Origin: Gemmatimonadota bacterium
GTDB lineage: Bacteria; Latescibacterota; UBA2968; GCA-2709665
Direction: 5' to 3'
Assembly: GCA_002709665.1 (NCBI GenBank)
Contig: PAQK01000029.1
Location: forward strand, 31,874 to 95,873
DNA length: 64,000 nucleotides
This document shows, piece after piece, positions 54,664 to 62,741 of the stretch. Position 1 is the stretch's first letter; each line of letters opens with the position of its first letter. The notes beneath the pieces are model-generated. The model ran no database searches. It had not been told where the DNA came from and saw nothing but the letters and a program-made list of their open reading frames with translations. A program made the position numbers and the translations under genes.

Positions 54664-55108
54664 CTACCAGGCCTGGATGCGGTGTCCCTGGCCGTTGAAC
54701 CATACGACGTCCACGAGGAAGAAGAGGGTGACCGCCAGGGCGTACCCGGCCAGGATGCCGAGGAAGAAGGGGGCTGCTGCCGACAATAGAGGATGACGCC
54801 GCCGACTCTCAGGAGGATGGCCTTGATCGCCCAGACCAGGAAGATTGAAAAGATGGCCAGTTGAGTAGACCAGGAAAAGGCGATTGGGTGGAAGGTCCAC
54901 TAGTGATGCCATTGATCAGGACGACTGAAAGGAAGCCGGCCAGAAGAGCAAGGGGGAAGTAGGAGAGCTGCATCCTGGAGGCGTTTACGATGTATTCGGA
55001 TGCAGAGACCCACACGTTGACGACAAGAACAAAGATGAGTCCGAGGACGATGGGCCGTTGCGTGACTGCGTCACGAATGCTGTCTTCAGGATGGGTTAGT
55101 GGATTCAA
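54664..55108 (-). pseudogene. Decayed tandem duplicate of the 52581-54554 membrane-protein gene (N- and C-terminal ends only, with a frameshift)
   Basis: N-end: RPIVLGLIFVLVVNVWVSASEYIVNASRMQLSYFPLALLAGFLSVVLING matches RAVVIGLVMVLAVNFWISTTEYLIHASRMQLSFFPLALFAVFLLIVITNG. C-end: WTFHPIAFSWSTQLAIFSIFLVWAIKAILLRVGGVILY, then a frameshift, then FFLGILAGYALAVTLFFLVDVVWFNGQGHRIQAW; this matches WWPFHPIAF..SWNTQLTFFSILVVWAFKATLLRIGGVTLY...AFLGILVGYVTAVTLSFIVDAIWFPGQGHGVHNY. About 500 codons are missing. Confidence 0.75.
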
Positions 55109-55135
55109 GGTGTCTGTCTTGTAAGTGTATTTTAG

Positions 55136-56104
55136 TCAGGCATCGTCAGGGTCGGTCAGTTTCCAGCCGGGGTTGGTTCCCTGGTCCATATCAGGAGGCA
55201 GTGGCTCTGAGAGTTTTTCGTAGAGATCCGGTCTTCTGGCTCTGAGGTATCGATATCCTGAAGAGACCGTAATTTTGTCTGGCTTCAACAGGGCGACCAC
55301 GACATCGTCTTCCAGTTCATTAGATTCGACGAGGATTTCGCCGAAGGGGTCGAGGATCATGGCATTGCCGTTCTTGATGGTGTCATGGTCCACACCGATC
55401 GGATTGGTGTAGACCGCGTAGATGCCGTTCTCGTAGGCCCTTGTCGGGAGCCACCGCATCAACCATCCTCGGCCCTTGGGTCCCAGAAATTCCTGACGAC
55501 AACGTGCGGGATCTTGGTGGCGGTTGTGCCATATTTCCGGGGGGATCTTTCCTCGGCCGGGCATTGCAGATTGCAGGCCGCAGGTGACGTGAGGCATGAA
55601 GATGATTTCGGCGCCGTTCATCGCGGTTATGCGGACATTTTCAGGGAGGTTGTTGTCGTAACAGATGAGGATGCCCATTTTGCAGTCGCACAGGTCAAAT
55701 GTGGTGAATGTGTCGCCTGAGGAGATGTGTTTGTTGATGAAGGCATGGAGTTTGCGGTGCTTGGCAATGTAACCGTCGGGGGAGACGGCTATATAGGTGT
55801 TGTAGAGTGTCTCGTCTTCGACTTCCAGCAGACCTGCGAGCAGTGGAACGTTGTATCTTTTTGAGAGCTCGATGAGATGTCTGGTAGAGGGGCCACTCGG
55901 GACCGGTTCAGCGAGTTCCAGGAGTTGCGGCCGTGTCAAAGTCATCAGGAAGGTGTAGCCCAGGATGCAGCATTCGTGGAAGGAGACGACTTCGGCACCT
56001 TTTTCGAAGGCGGCGTGGGTCAGGGATTCGATTCGGGATAGGTTGTAGGTTTTGTCCGCGTCTCTTGCTTCGAATTGGGCGGCAGCTATCTTGATGGGGC
56101 GCAT
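55136..56104 (-). CDS. Carbon-nitrogen hydrolase family protein (nitrilase/amidase superfamily)
   Basis: IKIAAAQFEARDADKTYNL...GAEVVSFHEC (catalytic Glu region), HRKLH (Lys), GILICYDNNLPE (catalytic Cys). 322 aa. Confidence 0.8.
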   Translation of the reverse strand: MRPIKIAAAQFEARDADKTYNLSRIESLTHAAFEKGAEVVSFHECCILGYTFLMTLTRPQLLELAEPVPSGPSTRHLIELSKRYNVPLLAGLLEVEDETLYNTYIAVSPDGYIAKHRKLHAFINKHISSGDTFTTFDLCDCKMGILICYDNNLPENVRITAMNGAEIIFMPHVTCGLQSAMPGRGKIPPEIWHNRHQDPARCRQEFLGPKGRGWLMRWLPTRAYENGIYAVYTNPIGVDHDTIKNGNAMILDPFGEILVESNELEDDVVVALLKPDKITVSSGYRYLRARRPDLYEKLSEPLPPDMDQGTNPGWKLTDPDDA

Positions 56105-56177
56105 GTGATGGTCATTTTGGAATCTGTATCTTTACGGTCAAAAGCGTATGGATTTTTTTCCACCCCCCCCTTGTTTC

Positions 56178-56226
56178 GGCGACCCCCGGGTCGCCAACTG
56201 ACTTTTCTCTGGGCAAGAAAAGTCAG
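56178..56226. other. Two adjacent perfect inverted repeats (hairpins) in a 620-bp non-coding gap
   Basis: GGCGACCC-CC-GGGTCGCC (56178-95) and CTGACTTTTCT-CTGGGCA-AGAAAAGTCAG (56198-56226, 11-bp stem). Preceded by T7 and C8 homopolymers. No U-tract follows on either strand. Confidence 0.6.
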
Positions 56227-56726
56227 CAAAAGTGCCACTCTTCAGACGCCAGGGCCGGCTTACTGGAACACTGATCGAAGGTGGTTAGACAGAGAGGTGA
56301 GCCAGCTCAAAACGCCACCCCACCCCTTTGCCCACATGGCCTCTTCACACCCCTACCACGGCTTTCCAGCCGCCCCTTCAAATCACCCCGGCCACACCCT
56401 CGGCCCCGTGAGTTGCCCCAACCCTAATGGAAATTGGATTCGGTATGCAAGCGTGTGCCGTAGTTCCAGAAGCGGAATGGATTGATCGGATGGTCCCACC
56501 CATCCGCCGCCGGTGAGGTGGTTGCGGGCGCATTGCAGGAGGTAAGAGGGTGGCTCTGTAAAATTTGTGAGGGTTATGAGCGTCGGAGTGGATCTGTGTG
56601 GTCTGTGTTCCCGCCGCGAGATTCTGAGGGAGAAGGATACCGCCAATTTACCCGGATTCAGTGTGAAATCAATCCTAATCTCTTTGGGTTTCGATTCCCT
56701 ATGGCTTGTCAGGAGTGCGGCTCCAG

Positions 56727-57425
56727 TTATGTGGCCACGACTATGAAATATCCGCAGTTGTCAATGGAATCCGGATCTAGAACCCCAACTGGTATGGGAG
56801 GATCCGGTTTTCTCCGGCCCCAATCCACGACTCTCTGGAGAGAAAGGCCGGCATCTACGACTCCATTGAATATGTCGTCCATATAGTGGATATACTTGAT
56901 CGCATTGCGAGAGTCGGTGTCGTACGGGTCTTCACTGAGGAGACCTGTTAGGAAGCGACATTGTTTTGCAGGTTGCAGCAAACCCATTGAGAGGATGCCG
57001 TTGGATCTCAGTAGGCGGGCGCACTCGGCAAAGATCTTGCGAACGTCAGGGATATACATTGTAGCAGGCGTAAAAATGACGTCGAATGACCTGTTGTTGA
57101 AGCAGGAGGGGTATTACATATCTGCATGGATTGTGCAGATATCGTAGCTGTAGTGCTCAGCAGCTTTCAGGTCTCCGTCAAGCTGGCGCCGGGACAGCTA
57201 AATAATTGTTACCCTGGCACCCAGCAAGCCAAGGATGGCCGATTGTTGTCCTCCTCCCGAACCCAACAGCAGCACGTTTTTCCCCTCGACATATGTGAGA
57301 TCGATTCCGGGAAGATTTCTGCGCTTCCGTAGGGAATCCGGCAGAGGGTCGAGCTCTCCCCGGGCGAACCCGTGGACCATTTCGACATCCAGATCCAGGC
57401 ACAATATGGCAACACGACATGACAA
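56727..57425 (-). pseudogene. Class I SAM-dependent methyltransferase with two in-frame stops (TAG and TAA) and no convincing start
   Basis: One frame reads ...GKNVLLLGSGGGQQSAILGLLGARVTII*LSRRQLDGDLKAAEHYSYDICTIHADM*YPSCFNNRSFDVIFTPATMYIPDVRKIFAECARLLRSNGIL.... TAG at 57198-57200 and TAA at 57114-57116. Only TTG is available as a start. Confidence 0.65.
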
Positions 57426-57511
57426 TCGAACCTGCCGGAGGGTACAACCTGTTTATGCAAGGCAGGAGCGATAGAGCACTTGGAATCAGTCTATGGGTCG
57501 ATTCTAACAGA

Positions 57512-58645
57512 TCAAGTTCCATCCATCTCGGAAGCAGTGTGAACGGCATCGCTCCAGTCATCCCATAACCCGGGACCCTCCACGCGTGGATCCGGTGGGG
57601 GGACGGCTGGCCCGAGTTCAAGTCCGAATCGCGATCTCACTGAGGGGGGAGGTGATGGTCGTACCCCCTTGACATAACGATCGTTGAATGTTCTGTCATA
57701 CACTGACTTTTTGTATGCATCGTAGATAACCATCTGGCGAATTTGCGGGGGATCGCTGTAGTTTGGGGTTGCCGAGTGGTACATTCGCCCGTGCCACAGC
57801 ACAACATCTCCCTCTTCACCAAAGAACTCAAAGGGTTCAATGTCAGCGAGCGCGTCTTTGAGACTTGGGGGAATCGGCAATACGAAAGAGGCGACACCAC
57901 TTTCGGGATGGGGAGGGTGTAGGGTCGAATAACGTGCAATATCCGCAGAGCTCGGCTCTGCCTCGTAGAGCAAGCGGTGACTGCCGGGGAAGAGAGCGAT
58001 TCCACCACCGTTTTGAGGAACCCTATCAATGTAGCCGCTCACCGCCAGATGCACCGGCTCCGGGTCAATGTGCGCACCGGCACGAGCGGCGTCCGCCATC
58101 ACAGGTGAAGCGTTGGTTCGCTCTTGCGGCAGCTTGCAGTAAAGACCGCGCAACTCCTTGCCTCCCCAGACCGGCCAGCCACGCAGCCGGCTTCCACGCG
58201 GATCCGGATCGGCTGCCGTGGAACTCACTTCTGGTGTCACCACTTGGCCTTCGCCAAGGAGTTGCTCGAACCACGGGAATGCACGACGTGGGAGCAAGTT
58301 GATCAGATCCTCGTCGCCGGAGAGTTCACGTAATCGCCACCCGTGGTCACCGGTGCGATCATTCATGCCATCTGGCGTGCTTTGACGGTCTCCCTCCGGG
58401 ACACCGTTAATCCAGGTTTCAGGGTCGTCCCGGCGCAAGTGACTTGAAGTGTTTCCCGCCCACAGCCTGTCCCTTGCTGCAGCACAAAGTTTGGGATCAA
58501 GGACATTTCGTTTAACGACAAATCCGTTCGTAACAAACTCTTGGATTTCATCGGTGCTAAGGGCTGCCAACGTTACATCCATAGAAACTGGCTTCCTTTC
58601 TTCAGTTGGTACCGGACTACAGAACTTGGCGGGCTGATACGACAA
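57512..58645 (-). CDS. Phytanoyl-CoA dioxygenase (PhyH) family protein
   Basis: EFVTNGFVVKRNVLDP, HIDPEP, GGGIALFPGSHR, GDVVLWHGRMYHSATPN. 377 aa. Confidence 0.65.
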   Translation of the reverse strand: MSYQPAKFCSPVPTEERKPVSMDVTLAALSTDEIQEFVTNGFVVKRNVLDPKLCAAARDRLWAGNTSSHLRRDDPETWINGVPEGDRQSTPDGMNDRTGDHGWRLRELSGDEDLINLLPRRAFPWFEQLLGEGQVVTPEVSSTAADPDPRGSRLRGWPVWGGKELRGLYCKLPQERTNASPVMADAARAGAHIDPEPVHLAVSGYIDRVPQNGGGIALFPGSHRLLYEAEPSSADIARYSTLHPPHPESGVASFVLPIPPSLKDALADIEPFEFFGEEGDVVLWHGRMYHSATPNYSDPPQIRQMVIYDAYKKSVYDRTFNDRYVKGVRPSPPPSVRSRFGLELGPAVPPPDPRVEGPGLWDDWSDAVHTASEMDGT

Positions 58646-58684
58646 GCCAGGATAGTCCTATTTACGACGATGGTCAACGCTTGC

Positions 58685-59632
58685 TTAGTCCGTCGCGTCC
58701 AGCAATCCCTTCATATACCCAATCGCATACAGCCTACCGAGTGTCGTATAACCAGGGTTGTCATTCTCCTCGATTGCGAGTGTCGGTACGTGGTCGGGTC
58801 GGCAGGGCCCGTCGAAGCCGATTTCTTTGTAGGCACGAATGGTTTCGGCCATGTCGGTGTCGCCGTCGTCGTGGAAGGCTTCTTCGAAGACGGGGACGGT
58901 ACCCTTTACGTCGCGGAAATGGGCGAAGTGGATCTTATCGGCAAATCGGCGAATGCCTGCTGCGACGTCGGTGCCCATCGCTGCGAAGTTTCCCTGGCAG
59001 TAGGTGATCCCGCTGAAGTCACTGGGGATGAAATCGACGACACGCTGGAACGCGTCGAGATTGGTGATGATGCGTGAGATGCCTCGGACGGGTGACAGAG
59101 GTGGATCGTCGGGATGGAGGGCCTGCTTGACGGCGGCTTCTTCGGCGACAGGAATGATACGTTCCAGGAAGTATTCGAAAGTTTCCCAGAGGAGTTTTTC
59201 AGAGATTTCACCGTGTTCGGTTAGGGGAGCGTTTTCCATCAGTGCGTGATCATAACTGGTGACGAAGGCGTCTCCGCGGGTACGCGTAGTCGTCGAGGTG
59301 CGCATCCAGTTGAAGACGGCCATCCAGTTGTAGCACATGATCGGGATGCTCGCAGCACCCAGGTTGCGGATGGTTTGACAATAGGCCTCAATGTCTTCGT
59401 CGCGACCTGGAAGGTCGAGTTTGATGCGGTCGGTAATAGGGACCGATTCCACAACTGACCATGTGAGGCCCGCGTTCTCGATACGAGTCTTGTGCCGAAG
59501 AATCGCATCGTAGTCCCAGGCGGTGCCAGGGACCGTGTCTGGAGGGACGGTGACAATGTCTGTGACGCCGATCTGACGCGCGAGGAGCAGGTGTTGTTCG
59601 TCTATGGGGCGGAGGACAAGGGCTAGTTTCAT
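58685..59632 (-). CDS. uxuA: Mannonate dehydratase
   Basis: Start moved to Met59 of the track ORF (MKLALVL...). WSVVESVPI, CYNWMAVFNWMRT, IIPVAEEAAVKQALHPDDPP, IHFAHFRDV, RPDH and NPGYTTLGRL align block-for-block with UxuA. Confidence 0.85.
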   Translation of the reverse strand: MKLALVLRPIDEQHLLLARQIGVTDIVTVPPDTVPGTAWDYDAILRHKTRIENAGLTWSVVESVPITDRIKLDLPGRDEDIEAYCQTIRNLGAASIPIMCYNWMAVFNWMRTSTTTRTRGDAFVTSYDHALMENAPLTEHGEISEKLLWETFEYFLERIIPVAEEAAVKQALHPDDPPLSPVRGISRIITNLDAFQRVVDFIPSDFSGITYCQGNFAAMGTDVAAGIRRFADKIHFAHFRDVKGTVPVFEEAFHDDGDTDMAETIRAYKEIGFDGPCRPDHVPTLAIEENDNPGYTTLGRLYAIGYMKGLLDATD

Positions 59633-59924
59633 TTCTGAGATGTCTCCAGAGGGAAGTGTCACGGGGTGGTGGATTGTTGTTGCTGTCGAATGGGCGAGCC
59701 TTTTGGAAATGGCTTGCTGATGCTCACCAATTGAGATCCCCCCTCCGCTACATCCTCCACTGAAGCTACGGATGTCAGGAGAGCTACATCGGGCGAGGCG
59801 CTTCACTCAGGATGCCCCGCCTTCGCTAAAGCTTCTGTAAACAAGACGGCGGACAGGCCCACTTTAGTAACCACAACAGGGTGTGGTTTGGTGGGCCCAC
59901 ATTCATCAACATCCTTCCCAAAGG

Positions 59925-61568
59925 CTAATCCACGAGGCCGTTTTTGTTACCACAGATATGTACATTCAGCCCCAGCTCAGACATCATCGCAGCCTTTACG
60001 GCCAGCGCCTTGTCTGCTGCTATTGCGTTGCGGGCGTAGGCAACCTGGATGTGGTTGGCCTGGTGTCGAGCCATCATCTGGTCGCGAGAGGCCCCGTAGG
60101 TGATGGCGTGCATAATTGGCCACTGAGGGGTAGTGGCGGCCCAGCGGCGTTCGGTTTCCTGTTGTGGTAAGGTGACGACCTTGCCCCTGCCGGTATCCAT
60201 GTGTAGAGCGTCGTTTTTGACGTATACCCGACTCCAGACGATTTCGCCAGGTTTGCTGATGCCCTTGCAAGACCCGCCGCCAAGTGGGAAATACATCGCG
60301 GGCTGTCGCTCCGAGGAGGTCCCCTTGTATCCGTTGATGAAATGTTCGGGTGGTGCACCGCCCGAGATGAGGAAGACCCACACGTAGTCATTCACTCCCC
60401 TGCCCTTGTAGGCTTCGCCCCAGCGGATGTCGTGGAGTGTGTTCTCAGGTGGCTGCTTGAGGGCCTTCCAGACCTTGTTGGTGACCAGGCCATCCAGCCC
60501 GGCACATTCATCCACTTCGTTAAAGTGGGGCACAGCCTGTCCTTTGAAAAGCACCTCACCGGTTTCAGCGTGCTTGACTGGGGGACGATCCACATTGTTC
60601 AGGATGCCTTCCACCAGATCGGACGAGGGGCAGATGTCCTTGAGTCCCTGCTGATACTGGATGCCAATGGTATCGCAGCCGAATTCATGGGCGATGCGAA
60701 CGGCAGCGATGTACATCTTGCACTGGATGTGGGTCTGCTTGTCGGTAAGGTCCGTTTTCGGGTTCTTGCCGGTGACGAATTTCATCCCCTTACGCTTGAG
60801 CCAGTTGTGGACGGCATCCGCTTCGGCATCGTCCACATCGCACATACCCGCCCAGAGAGCAGATTGGCTCAGGCGTTCCTTGAAGACTCCGGTGGGGTTC
60901 AGCAGGTGGTCCGGGATGATGGCGTTGAACATCCCCATACAACCTTCATCAAAGATGCCCATGATGGCCTTGCGGGTTTTGAATTCGTCTGCAAGGGAGG
61001 AGCCGAGATCTGCACAGGTATCTGGCAACTGCAACGTGTCGAGACTGCGCACGTGACTGGTGTCGTGGCTTAGCGAACCGGTCTGGAGCCATTTGCGCAG
61101 TTTCCGACGGAAGAAGGTATCGGTGAAGTTCTTGCTCCAGAGGGTGTTGTAGTCGATGCCGGCTTTGGTCATGGACCCATTCAAGTTGAGCATGCCAACG
61201 AGCCCAGGCCACTGTCCACTCCAGTTGGCCACAGTGAGGATAGGTCCATGATGGGTAGTCAGCCCTGGTAGGAGGTGATGGCTGAACTGCCACACGGCCT
61301 CGGCGATAATGAGAGGTGAATCGGGATGGATGGTCCTGAAAACTTCCATTCCTTCTTTCTGACTGCCAATGAATCCGTGTCGCTCACCCTTCTTATACTG
61401 ATGTCCTCGCTTGACCGTCCAACCTTCTTTGCGAATGGCCGCAGTGAGTTTCTTTTCCATGTCCCGCTGAGCAGGCCAGCACACTCGGTTCGCCGAGAGA
61501 CGAAGGTCACCGTTTGCGAGTAGGATGGCCTGCTTCTTGCGCGGGGCCTCAAGATCAGTGGTGGGCAT
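59925..61568 (-). CDS. L-fucose isomerase family sugar isomerase
   Basis: 547 aa. The C-terminal half parallels FucI (..DIRWGE......[12 protein letters not shown]......[11 protein letters not shown]...GEIVWSRV...[31 protein letters not shown]). Confidence 0.55.
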   Translation of the reverse strand: MPTTDLEAPRKKQAILLANGDLRLSANRVCWPAQRDMEKKLTAAIRKEGWTVKRGHQYKKGERHGFIGSQKEGMEVFRTIHPDSPLIIAEAVWQFSHHLLPGLTTHHGPILTVANWSGQWPGLVGMLNLNGSMTKAGIDYNTLWSKNFTDTFFRRKLRKWLQTGSLSHDTSHVRSLDTLQLPDTCADLGSSLADEFKTRKAIMGIFDEGCMGMFNAIIPDHLLNPTGVFKERLSQSALWAGMCDVDDAEADAVHNWLKRKGMKFVTGKNPKTDLTDKQTHIQCKMYIAAVRIAHEFGCDTIGIQYQQGLKDICPSSDLVEGILNNVDRPPVKHAETGEVLFKGQAVPHFNEVDECAGLDGLVTNKVWKALKQPPENTLHDIRWGEAYKGRGVNDYVWVFLISGGAPPEHFINGYKGTSSERQPAMYFPLGGGSCKGISKPGEIVWSRVYVKNDALHMDTGRGKVVTLPQQETERRWAATTPQWPIMHAITYGASRDQMMARHQANHIQVAYARNAIAADKALAVKAAMMSELGLNVHICGNKNGLVD

Positions 61569-61781
61569 AATGCCTCCTTTTCAAGAACAATGGGAGCCAC
61601 GAACAGGGATGCCTCAACGACTGGCATCCCTATGATCAAGATCATGCATAACTGCAGGATTGTCCAGCGAATTTGGGTGAGAGGAGAACTCCTTTTCGCC
61701 TCACGAGAGGGAAGGAAACTCCCCGATTTCGCCAAGGCAATGGTGGGCAGGCATGTCCCCTTCTTGGAAAGGAGGGAATAT

Positions 61782-62567
61782 TCAGGCGGAGACGCCGGAG
61801 TAGTTTTTTACGCCGAATTTCCAAAACCAGCGGGATAAGGCCAGCATTCCGACTGCGAGGGCGGCTGCGGTGAGAAGGGAAGTTTGAGACAGGCGTCCGG
61901 AGAGGGCCTCGGCGGGAACAGTGACGGCAAAAGCGACCGGGACGAGGAATGTCAGAATCAACCGGAGCCACTGAGGGTATATGCCGATCGGCCACCGTCC
62001 GGCCTGATACATGGCCTGGAAGATGTTGAGGATGTTGTCCACACGGATAAACCAGAAGGATAAGGTGGCTAGGATGAGCCAGAAGCTGTAAATGATGGCG
62101 ATTCCTGAGAGGAGGACGAGGGAAAAATGACCCAATTCCTGGAGTCCGGGTTCATGTTCGAGCCTGAAGAGCGCGAAGATAATGACACCGATACCCAGGA
62201 GGATGTCAGTGAATTTCCAGATGCGAATTTCACCGATGCTGATGAGGAGTTGGGCATCTTCGGGCTTGGTGAGGGTGAAGTCCAAAGTGCCCTGACGAAC
62301 ACCGGACATGAGCGTTTCCATACCCGGTTGTATGACCATTTGGATAAGTCCCCCGACGAGCAGATAGATGCCGAGGAGGACGAGAATTTCGTTGGCCTGC
62401 CACCCACCGAGTGTCTGTGTGTGAGAGAAGACGACTGCAAGTCCGGCTAGTGCGGTTCCGAGACTGATGAGAGACTGGAAGAGCTGGACGTAGAAGTTTA
62501 TTCGGTATGCCAGTTCGTTGAAAATGCCGACACGGAAGAAGGTCCAGATGAGGGTTAGGTAGGTCAT
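61782..62567 (-). CDS. ABC-2 family transporter permease (DUF990-like). No ATPase or partner permease lies between the flanking genes.
   Basis: 261 aa with six hydrophobic segments. N-terminus MTYLTLIWTFFRVGIFNELAYRINFYVQLF is typical of the ABC-2/DUF990 permeases. A/T-rich leader without a Shine-Dalgarno sequence. Confidence 0.55.
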   Translation of the reverse strand: MTYLTLIWTFFRVGIFNELAYRINFYVQLFQSLISLGTALAGLAVVFSHTQTLGGWQANEILVLLGIYLLVGGLIQMVIQPGMETLMSGVRQGTLDFTLTKPEDAQLLISIGEIRIWKFTDILLGIGVIIFALFRLEHEPGLQELGHFSLVLLSGIAIIYSFWLILATLSFWFIRVDNILNIFQAMYQAGRWPIGIYPQWLRLILTFLVPVAFAVTVPAEALSGRLSQTSLLTAAALAVGMLALSRWFWKFGVKNYSGVSA

Positions 62568-62741
62568 TTAAAAAAAATTCGAAATGGCCCTGTGGTTTGC
62601 TGCAGGTCCGTGCTCCAGGTAATTGTAGTGCAGATCCTCGACTTCAGGTTGCCCTCACGTTGAGGGTTGTGGCAAATCCGCCGCCAGTGGCGGAGGCACC
62701 GGTGTCTATGGCTTATGTATCAACACCTGCCCCGTTACGTC

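Noticed and set aside
56680-56710. tRNA-like T-arm (GGGTTTCGATTCCC)
   Set aside because: No complementary acceptor stem, D-arm or anticodon arm can be drawn in the surrounding 90 nt.
15052-57200. Possible genetic-code change or pyrrolysine-type readthrough of TAG. In-frame TAG codons occur in the MOSC, lipoprotein, AlkD-like (two) and methyltransferase genes, and right after ATG 34040.
   Set aside because: TAG is the ordinary terminator of several intact genes here: nthB at 7133, PhyH at 5132, the 811-aa membrane protein at 969, the hypothetical gene at 3443 and the 732-aa gene at 16554. The same broken genes also carry TAA codons and frameshifts. No pyl genes or suppressor tRNA are visible. 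Plain pseudogenisation explains the data better.
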